Source: Laetmonice hystrix (lineage: Eukaryota). Taken from it: a DNA stretch of 64,000 nucleotides. The stretch is from positions 19,406,001 through 19,470,000 of the forward strand of contig OZ249444.1 in the NCBI GenBank assembly GCA_965235115.1, written 5' to 3'. The notes beneath the pieces were generated by a model that saw only the letters and a list, made by a program, of their open reading frames with translations, searched no databases and had not been told where the DNA came from. Position 1 is the stretch's first letter. Every line of letters starts with the position of its first letter. This document shows positions 26,101 through 36,710 of this stretch, piece after piece. The position numbers and the translations under genes are program-made.

Positions 26101-27025
26101 CCGATATTATCTGTGCTTCCCATGACGTCCTGTCCAAGGAAATTCCCCAGATATTGTCTGCGAGGTCTATAGTGCCGGAGACCGAGGCTCTAAGTATGAA
26201 GTACATCTTTATAATAATAGAAGAGGTATTGTACCCGGGGATGAAGTTTCTGAGGGTATCCCCGTATAGGCGTACGTATGGTGTACCAGGGCGTGAATGG
26301 TTGTATGTATAGCAGAGTGGGGACGAGATAAAAAGGCCTCAGATCGGGAACGTTCAGTGTGTCAGTCGGGCTATAAAGGGTTAGCTTCGATGTTTCCTTT
26401 TCGTCTAGTTACAATGGATTAACAGTGCCGCAAACAAGGAGTGGTACTTAGCGCCAATCAACTCAAGCGGCCCCTCCCGCACGATTAGAACCCACTCATT
26501 GATTTCGCGTGCCATAATTTATGTTGGTCCGCCTCATAATTGTTGAGCGGCCATTGTTAAGGGAAAGGCAGGCCGTATGCTTGTCCGAACTCATTACAGT
26601 CAGGTTCCCGCCACCACGTGGTCGGCCGAGGTGGCAGGCAGGCATGCAGGCCGCTGTCTTCATCTCATCCGGGTACCCCGGACTGGTACGGCTCCCCGCC
26701 ACCAGGTGGCGACCTGCGGGAGACCATTGTACCGCCGTGTTCAGCCTCCATTGTTAAGGAGGCAGGTGGAACTGGCTGGATTCGTAAATTAACATTGTTA
26801 TACCAGATTAGAGTTTTCCGTCGGGTTGGAAGCTGAATTTGGGGATTTTAGTAACGGGGCATTCATATTAAAAAGCATCGGTTTCTTGTAACCTCGTACT
26901 CCCTATGACTATCCCTGAAGAACAATGGTATTGCAAAAATGTGTATAGCCCAAGGCATTATCCTTTCATTGGAGTATTTTTACCGCACAGTTGATTCAAT
27001 TCTCCATTGTTTTTATGTTTTGCAG

Positions 27026-27630
27026 GTGAGAAGCCGTTCAAGTGCGAATTCGAAGGTTGCGACCGACGCTTCGCCAACAGTTCTGACCGGAAGAAACACT
27101 CTCACGTGCACACGTCCGACAAACCCTACAACTGCAGCGTTCGCGGTTGTGACAAGAGCTACACCCACCCCTCATCTCTGCGCAAACACATGAAGGTGCA
27201 TTGCAAGTCGCCCACCGCCGACGCTGGCTCTGAGCGCGGCGGTCGTGATGGTCACAACACCAGCTTTGACAACTCCTCCAACCCGTCTTCTCCCGAACCT
27301 AGCCCCGCGCCGACACCGACTCGATCCGAGCCCAGCGGTGGTGGCACGACACACCGCGAGTCAAACAACTCCTCCCTCACCGGAAGCGGAAGTCTGAGCG
27401 CGCAACAAACGACGTCATCGACGTCACATTCGATTCACGCACACACGACGTCACTGGCACCACCGAGCTTGGCGCCATCCCATCACCACCCGACCAACCT
27501 AAGTGAATGGTACGTGTGTCAGAGTGCTGCCGGTATGCCAACACCACCCAGTACCGAACACTCTCCAATCGGAGGACTCTCACATCACCATTCACATGTA
27601 CCATCACTACACGCCATAGCGCAGTATTGA
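27026..27630 (+). CDS. Zic: Zic coding exon 2 (ZF4, ZF5, Ser/His-rich C-terminus, stop)
   Basis: Acceptor TTTTATGTTTTGCAG ends at 27025. The phase-1 junction G|GT rebuilds Gly of TGEKP, followed by [55 protein letters not shown]. Conserved C-terminal NLSEWYVCQ at 27496-27522; TGA ends at 27630. The joined CDS is 922+605=1527 nt, in frame, 508 aa. Confidence 0.97.
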
Positions 27631-27664
27631 CGTTGATCGGGACTCGGTGGGATTCGGTTCTGAT

Positions 27665-27678
27665 CCGCCAGGGGGCAG
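27665..27678 (+). promoter_or_regulatory. CTCF-consensus motif CCGCCAGGGGGCAG, 35 bp after the Zic stop codon
   Basis: Exact consensus match; binding untested. Confidence 0.5.
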
Positions 27679-29366
27679 GATTCGATCTATTTCACCCGTG
27701 TAGCTCTTGTGACAACACCGCGGACCCCGCAGTGAGGGTTTGTACGCGAGTCACGTGACCGACCCACCCAGCGCATGCGCACGTGGAAGTCGCGTCTGAT
27801 AATGCTCATCACTATAGACGTATGCCATATCACGATGGTAATTGTCTCATTGCCATGACTTACCTCGAAACGGGAGGCAATCTATACTCGTCTCGCCAAT
27901 AACTGTTGCCTGTCTCGTGTATAAGAACTTCTCAAGTCTTGTGTTGCTCATTGATTGATGCAGACAATTCGTAGACATGACAACTCTGGATATCCGTCTG
28001 GACCCGAGTGGATCCGATATGTTTCTCCTCCTTCACGGCAGCAGAGCCCAGGTCTTGCTATCGTCTTACCTGGTGGACTTTGATAAACAGTTCAATAATC
28101 CGGGATATTAGGTCAGAGTCAACCGGTATAACATACCTGAAATATCTGTACAGAAGCCACTGTCTCTGAGGAAGCCAGTTGGCGGACATTCATGAGGACC
28201 TCAGCAGAAAATCGTTGCTATTAAGTTTTATTTATGTGTGTACTTATAAGACATCGTACCGAATTCCCCGGGTCCAGGCGACCGGACATGTAGGTGTGTT
28301 CTAGGCCACCCGCCGTTGCAGCATTTCGTGGGTGTAGACTGTATTGAATGCGAACTCTTAGAGGGAACAGCTGACCCTCTGAAACGGGAGCACTGCCCTC
28401 ACTTTATATTGTCGGAAAAGCTGCTCTCGCAAGTTCGAGTGGCCTCAAATGTGTAAGGAACCCAACAGACTCTTGCAAGTATGCTTGCCAAAAGTATTTC
28501 AGAGTTCATAGTGCTCCGGGGTACTAGTCAAACCCCCCTATGAAGAATTTTTTCTCATTTCTTTCATGTATGAGATACTATTGATTTGTTAATCAGTATG
28601 ATGTAAAGTATTCGTTGAATGCGCCCGCAGTGTGCCTAGGGCTGCCGCGTCGGGGGTGGGGGAGGGGGGTAAGTTGGGGTAAATTGTTGGGGGTTGTCCT
28701 ACGTGTAGCGTTTGGATCCTGACGTGGCGCCCGGCACAGTTAGCGGCATGTATTGTGCCACCCGAAACCCCTTCTCGCCATAAATTGCCACAATTGCCAC
28801 ATCATTCAAATTCAGTTTTGATATAGCAAAGAACTTGGCCTTGACCTGAATATTAATCAGGTCAATAAGAATTTACACTCGCGTGCAGTGATAGTGATAT
28901 TCGACTATAATGGAGTCAGATGACAAACTTGCTGTAACAAAGACCATTATGTCCCCTCCGCATAATGTTTGTCATCCAATACTGTCTTTGTTAAACATGA
29001 AAATAGTGAAACTGCAGTGAATTTAAAAAGAAATCTTGGTGAAGTCTTTGGATTTTTGAGGGGGAACCTGTAAATACTGATTTATAACATCCGTTGATAT
29101 GATCACAGTGAGTGAGGGATTGATTCGATCATAAACTAGCTCTGATCAGAGGAAAGTTTGGTGTGACTGAGAGGCGAGGAGGCGGAGATCGGTGGCGTGT
29201 AATTATTATTGACAATGGAGACACATTGATGTAAAAATGAGGAGAATGTATGTCTTAGTGACGAATGACTGGTGAAAATGAGAATATTGAATCATATTAT
29301 ATAATTATTGAAATATAGAAATGAATGATATAGAAACAAAAATCATTGTCCGCTTTATTCTTAGCT

Positions 29367-30330
29367 TGATCGTGCTATGTATCATAACTTTGATACATAT
29401 ACTGACCCCAGCAACACAATAGAGTGTACTGATCGTACTATGTATCATACCTTTGATACATATACTGACCCCAGCAACACAATAGAGTGTACTGATCGTA
29501 CTATGTATCATACCTTTGATACATATACTGACCCCAGCAACACAATAGAGTGATACTGATCGTACTATGTATCATACCTTTGATACATATACTGACCCCA
29601 GCAACACAATAGAGTGATACTGATCGTACTATGTATCATACCTTTGATACATATACTGACCCCAGCAACACAATAGAGTGATACTGATCGTACTATGTAT
29701 CATACCTTTGATACATATACTGACCCCAGCAACACAATAGAGTGATACTGATCGTGCTATGTATCATAACTTTGATATATATACTGACCCCAGCAACACA
29801 ATAGAGTGATACTGATCGTACTATGTATCATACCTTTGATACATATACTGACCCCAGCAACACAATAGAGTGATACTGATCGTACTATGTATCATACCTT
29901 TGATACATATACTGACCCCAGCAACACAATAGAGTGATACTGATCGTACTATGTATCATACCTTTGATACATATACTGACCCCAGCAACACAATAGAGTG
30001 ATACTGATCGTACTATGTATCATACCTTTGATACATATACTGACCCCAGCAACACAATAGAGTGATACTGATCGTACTATGTATCATACCTTTGATACAT
30101 ATACTGACCCCAGCAACACAACAGAGTGTACTGATCGTGCTATGTATCATACCTTTGATACATATACTGACCCCAGCAACACAATAGAGTGATACTGATC
30201 GTACTATGTATCATAACTTTGATACATATACTGACCCCAGCAACACAATAGAGTGTACTAATCGTGCTATGTATCATACCTTTGATACATATACTGACCC
30301 CAGCAACACAATAGAGTGATACTGATCGTG
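29367..30330. repeat. 62-64-bp minisatellite x about 15
   Basis: ACCCCAGCAACACAATAGAG recurs, e.g. at 29531 and 29595 (period 64). The unit holds the inverted repeat TATGTATCA-tacctt-TGATACATA. Confidence 0.96.
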
Positions 30331-32142
30331 ATGGAAATGCGTTGTTCAAATCACCCTGTTCACCCACCCCCTCCAAATGACCTCATCTACCCCACTCTGT
30401 CCAAATCACCCTGTCCGGCCCACACTGTACCCTGAGGTAACATGTCTGTCATGTTCCTCTTTCATTCCCATGTACGAGTGTACGGGTATACATGCATACA
30501 TACATACATGCATACATAACACGATATAACCATTACCATGCAAAAATACAACCTTTTACATTCACTCTACATCAATTTTATTCTTTTGTTCTGCTGCAGA
30601 AGGTAGGGCCCTCTATACGCTGGTATAATCCTGAAGTAATGTCTATTGTCACCAATCTATCTCAAACGGTGAATAGCAAAATTTACTTTCAACGTGAAGT
30701 ACATTTTGTACCATGATTAGCGCACGTGGATGGGCGCTAGGAGCGGTCGAGGCCGTACACCGACGTCCAACGTTACGGTGTACATGCATGTGTTGAACGA
30801 GCCCAGGATCGGCGCCATCACTCACGGAACGACGATGAGGCGGCGCGTCAAATTGGGCAAATCATAACTGACACAAAGGCTGGCCTTGATTGAATCAACG
30901 TTAATGTAATCGGGACGGATGAATAATTGGTCAATATTGTAAGTGGTGTCATTGTCAGTATGCCACCGGGAATCCATACTTGAACGGCTGTTTGTTCACG
31001 ACAAAGTGGCTAACAATGGACCGAGTGGCATCTAGACTTTGATCGGATTTTGCAGTGAGTTATGTAGCATTGATTACCTTTGTTGTATTATGGTAATGGA
31101 GTAATATCTGCAATAAGCTGAAATAGTATCGCTCTGTATTGTAAATTTGACGTCTGCTCAATGGGATTTATTAGCAGGGAATATTTGGTTACAGCCTTAA
31201 CTCAGCTGGCATTATCAAGGTGTTAACTGTGATTCATTATTAGTGTGGCCCTGTTTTATATGCAAGGGGTTGGGGTTACTTCAGGAGGGTAATATTAGAG
31301 AAACGATTCCCATCACAATACCCCCAAACCCTGATATTGGGAGTTACATTGGAGGACGTGGCCATTGAAATGGCAGTGAGATCTGCTGCAGTAATTGCCC
31401 CCCCCCCCGCCATCCACCCGGCCACCATGGGTTCCCAACCTACCGACCACCAGCCAGCAGGCAGCCGCCCTGGAGTAGCTGGACGAGCCGTGCCCGGCAC
31501 CGCAGGCAGCCGTACTCCGGGTGAAAATATTTTCATTCCGACCTCGTGTTTGCAAAGACGCGTAGCGAAATTGACTTTAGCGCCCTCTAGGTAGGGTATC
31601 ATAAACAACGGGTGTCCCGGGGGTGAAGGCAGCCGGGGGGTCGGGGTGGGGTGGGGGTATAGGGTATAGAGCTGACAGGACGTGGAGTGGGGGGGGGGGG
31701 TGTTAGGGACTGAGAGGACGCAGTTGTGGGGTAGGGGATGCGTACAAAGGGGGTTGATCGTATACTTCAGCCCATACAGAGGATCTTTATGAAGGAGATT
31801 TATAATACTATCCGTATACAATATATATACTGACCGTGGGGCAGGGGGGGGGGTGTTCAACCTACCAGGGTTAGGTTCCTATATACTCAAGTATACAGAG
31901 AGGATGAGTTTAATGAACACTATCATCAGCCTGCGTACAAACACGTGAACGCTCACCCACATAGTCGACCATGTCTACATGAACACTCCCGCCGGGGTCT
32001 TGCTTAAGTCTAATTTGAAGCTTAAAGCAAGATCTTAAATTCTTCAAATCCGGGCCGAGGTATATACTTAGAAACACCTCGTACTTCCATGACGTCATGC
32101 ATGGCGGACCATAGATACTGACACATGTATCTTCCCAAACCC

Positions 32143-32426
32143 ATCATACGAGTGAGTAGAGTTGAATGTAGACTAGCCTCGACTCTATCTGCTGACATAG
32201 ACCTCTATACCTGTCCGAGTATAGTTCTACCTGTCGGCAGCTATCTGTCCACAGATCATACGAGTGAGTAGAGTTGAATGTAGACTATAACCTCGACTCT
32301 ATCTGCTGACATATACCTGTCCGAGTAGTTCTACCTGTCGGCAGCTATCTGTCCGAGTAGTTCTACCTGTCGGCAGGTATCTGTCCGAGTATAGTTCTAC
32401 CTGTCGGCAGCTATCTGTCCACAGAT
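32143..32426. repeat. 112-bp tandem duplication with a nested 32-bp subrepeat
   Basis: ATCATACGAGTGAGTAGAG at 32143 and 32255; GTCCGAGTA at 32319, 32351 and 32383. Confidence 0.88.
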
Positions 32427-35400
32427 AACGACAGACACGGTCATTTGTACTCAACGTGTCGCAGGAATTTGTTTGCCAATTTCACGGCCCTGTGGCTCGA
32501 AGGTTAGTGGTTTGATACCGATCAGGGTGACCAGTATTACCCCCCACCCCCACCCCCTGTATCCAGTCAGGTGGGGGAGGGGTGGATGTACCCTGAGGCA
32601 GATCTGAGGGGAAACACCCCTTTCCACACATATAGATACACCACACACCACGGACTATAACCCCCTCCATACACACCTTGTCGGCAATGATTGCGTACAC
32701 ACAGCTCATGTCATACTTACCCTCACCCCCTTACACCCCACCCCATCCCCACACCCCACACCCTCATCCTGAAGGGGGCGTGGCAAGGGGAAATCAACAT
32801 CCGCTGTGATGACAACCGAAATGACAGGATCCACTGGGGGACGGCCCCCCTTACATAACACCCCCCGGAACAACTTTCAAACACCTGACCACGGTGAGCC
32901 CTGCAGCTATTCGGATACGTCAAACGGCCAAGACGCGACCTGACACCCTGAGATGGTGGGAGGGGTGAATTCACCCCTCCCGGTCCTTAGTACGGACGTT
33001 GGGCTGTGGACGGAGGCCACAATAAAGGGCGAGTCGAGAGGACTTCCGTGGGTATTCTATACAGAGGCAGGTTTAAACGATTACAAATCACGGCTGATTA
33101 AGGTGATGGGGCGCAGGTGACCCCCCTGGGGACGTATGGGGCGGGGGTGGGGGTACCCTGGGGGTATGGAGTAGTTGGGGGAGGGTTGGGTGCCCCACCT
33201 GGTAGCGGTTGAGGTGTAGGCAGCCACCGACCACAGGACACGGGGATCGGTGGAAGAATGTCGGGGTGGTGGGCGGTGAGCGTGGCCAGGGTGTCCGGGA
33301 GACGGGCCGGGTAGACCGACCGGGACCGGGGTCGGGGGCCTCCCGGCGGGGGGTCCCGGACCTCACCCACGGCGGCCTGCACGGTCATACACGGCACCCA
33401 CCGGCACGGCGCTACATTCAGGTCTCGCCACCGTAAGTCGACCCAACATGTTTATTTGAGGCATTTCAAATGATTCATCCATACAGATTTGAGTGGCATG
33501 GATGGAACCCCAGCCACCAGACTGGGCGTGGTCGGTCTATATAGACACCACTTAATTAAAGTTTGAGCAACTGTCTTCCTCCAAAGTTAAAATTAAAATA
33601 TCAAAAGAGAGTCCCAGGAATTGCGAAACATTTGAAACCATTACCGGTATACTCTCAACAAATCTGATATATTAGGCCTATAGACTAAATGTTGACATGA
33701 AGGACTATAATAATAGGGGCCAGCGTTAAATTCCTACCACAATCTCGGAGGACACTAGCCGCTAACACCAACAATAATTATTGCCCGTCAAATGACTAAG
33801 TTTTTAACAGAATCATTATAGTATGAGCCCTATATAGGACCTGCATGTCTGTGCGGAATTAACGTAGTAATATGTATATTTCAAAAGTTCTTCAATAAAG
33901 AACAGGAGCAAAATAATAATAAAAATGTCAGACATGATTATGTCATTAACTCGACCGTACTCAAAATGTTATGACATAGCCATGTGTTTAGCGCGATATT
34001 TGAGCAGTGAATGACGTTAAAGTCACCTCATCAACTCTGTGACCTCTGACCTCTGAACGCCGACCGCCAGGAGTTGACCTCACCCAATGTACACGCAACA
34101 TGACGTTTACCTTACCCAGTATAAACCAATCATCATCGAGTTCTGCCCCGCCCAGGTCCCGGCCTGTAATCTTCTCCTGCCGCCAGAGGGAGCCCCTAAC
34201 ACCGTGTCTATTGAACGTTACGTTTTTATCGTTAAGTCGCCATGTTAAGTCGTCGTAAGCCTTTTGTACGCCCACCAACAACAAGCACAGTCCATTTGCT
34301 GCGGGAATCACCCTGGACGGGGTATTACAAACGCTAGATAAACACACGACTGTGAACCCTCTGTGGGGGTTGAAGGGGGGTGGGGGGTGCCCCCCGTGAG
34401 GTTCTGGTTGAATACTGAGCAGGATGAGAGAGGGGGACAATGACAAACCATGGTGGGGTCTCCTGGTGACCTGAGTCCTTGACCTGACCCTCAGTAGATC
34501 AGAGACCGTGTCATTTCTACCTAGGTTTACTCCAGTCTGGGCCTCTGCTGTGTGATTCTATACAGTGATCCTGTGAATCCACTGAACGGTCAGTTTGTAT
34601 TCACATATCGGATTGTAGGCTAGGCCTACATGTGGCTTAAATCTGACGCCTTCAAATCATTCTACCTCAAATCTTCCTGTCTCACTTACAGTTTTAATAC
34701 TTTCAATTTAAATGGTTCAGGATTCGACGTCATTCATGAAGAACAAAACAAGAGAGTCAAAGCAAAAACATTAGATCTCATTGTTATTATTACCTCAAGT
34801 TATTGAGAGTCAGAGAGAAAGTGAGATTATTCATCGCTAATATTTGATTGAGTAGACCTATGCTTATAAAGATTCAGAATTTGAACTGAAGAGCATTTTA
34901 GGCCTACAAGTTTAACTTCTTTGATATAGTTTACGGTGCTTCCACGGCTTTTATGATTCGCAAACAAAATTACATCTACATTTAGAAATACAAAGATACA
35001 TAACGAAAAATAAATCGACAAATAAATAGACATATTGACATCAATATAGACCGACATTATAGGCAAGTAGGCATGTACTATAGCATTTTAAATATGCAGA
35101 CTTATATCTCTGAGACAAACATACATTGTATGTACAAAGCATACATTTATAAATATGTATGTCTGACACAAGCCCCCCCCCCCCGCTGCCCCACACTGTG
35201 GGGGACCATTGAGCCCATTTCCCCACCTGCGGAGACCACACTTCACGTTAGGCCGTCAGTCTGCGTGACACGGCAGTCACATATAGACTTCACACACCAT
35301 CCCGTGATGGCGTTATGGGTCTATTTAAGGCCAGGTCGGGGCGTGTACTTAGCGTCTTTAGACCCCTTTCATTAAGACCCTCTCCGGGAGAGGGCAGTCC

Positions 35401-36021
35401 AGCGACCGGCTTTGTTTCTGGGGACCCCTCGTGTATGGCGCTCAGCGGGACACCGGGCCTTTCTGAAGGAGTTAGGGACCTAGGTTGGCACGCAGGCATC
35501 ATTTCAAGTCTGGATGTTCTTCAATGGCTAGGCTCCCCATCACAGGCTTCATTGGCCGGCCAAATAAAAGCAAATATGTGCTCTAGTGTCAGTGGCGCTC
35601 TCAGGCGGAACGACGGTTTGTGGTCCAAGTGGGCCTTGACAACACCCAGCAATCTAAAAACTCCAACTGCCGACATAGTTTATCATTGATTACTGTCCCA
35701 ACCATCATAAGAGGAATTTGTATGCGTCTAACTTTTTGACTCCTTTAGTCGGGAGCATGAGGTATTAGGTCAAGTATACTTGTTCACGAGTTCACAGACT
35801 TTTAATACCATTCCGACCGAATGGTATTAAAAGTTGTTACAGGTGGTTGATGTTGACGTTATTTGCGTGTTTATATATATTACAAACATACTTGAGACTC
35901 TGGTCTGTATATGATTCACCTATAGTTTGTTGTAGGAAACAGTAACGTCCTCGCTCCGTCCAAGCAAACCGCATCTTAAACTCGGGGTTCTCCATAAAGG
36001 TCTTGGTGCATGCATCGGTGA

Positions 36022-36144
36022 GTTTATACTCAATCGTTTATTGCACTGCCTGGTTTATACTCAATCGTTTATTGCACTGCCTGGTTTATACTCAATCGTT
36101 TATTGCACTGCCTGGTTTATACTCAATCGTTTATTGCACTGCCT
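36022..36144. repeat. 31-bp tandem repeat x4 (GTTTATACTCAATCGTTTATTGCACTGCCTG)
   Basis: Period of 31 (36022, 36053, ...). Confidence 0.95.
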
Positions 36145-36573
36145 CTCTCGGTCAGAGGTCCTGTGATTTGATTACATTTAGATCTCCTGCATCCTGTTGT
36201 AGGAACACATAATTATGTATTTCTGAATGAAGGGCATGCATGATTTGTATACTTGTAATGAACTCTGAGGATTATTGCAATTATTGTGAGTATTTTCATC
36301 AGAGTATATGAGCCCCCACCCACTATAATACATGTATGAACCGGTCACATTCCACACATTCTGGTGACCGGTCGCAAGTATTCTATTAGTGCAACATAAT
36401 GTAAGTTCTAGGAGAGTTCATCTGATTATGTCGATAATATGCGTGTCTTGAGATAAGAGCAACTGATTACATAATAGTTGCAGGCTCAGGAAATGTCGAA
36501 TTGATTTCATATGATCGATGGTGGTTTTTTGATTAAACACTCACTGTTGTTGGTGGGAGTTCACATATTTTAA

Positions 36574-36710
36574 NNNNNNNNNNNNNNNNNNNNNNNNNNN
36601 NNNNNNNNNNNNNNNNNNNNNNNNNNNNNNNNNNNNNNNNNNNNNNNNNNNNNNNNNNNNNNNNNNNNNNNNNNNNNNNNNNNNNNNNNNNNNNNNNNNN
36701 NNNNNNNNNN
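36574..36710. other. Assembly gap (137 N)
   Basis: Run of n characters. Confidence 0.99.

Larger units (their letters stand above)
10723..27025 (+). other. Zic: Zic intron (16,303 bp, GT-AG, phase 1, between ZF3 and ZF4)
   Basis: Canonical GT..AG ends. The position in the HTG|EKP linker is the intron site known to be shared by bilaterian Zic genes. Confidence 0.93.

Noticed and set aside
27190-27200. Possible intron at HMK|VH (AAG GTGCAT), where vertebrate Zic genes have one
   Set aside because: The frame continues without a stop to the conserved NLSEWYVCQ motif, so no intron is needed.
28391-28397. miR-34 seed match CACTGCC in the probable 3' UTR
   Set aside because: A single 7-mer is expected by chance given the many miRNA families.
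36022-36144. TATTGCAC resembling the miR-92 5' end
   Set aside because: Only a seed-length match inside a tandem repeat, with no precursor hairpin.
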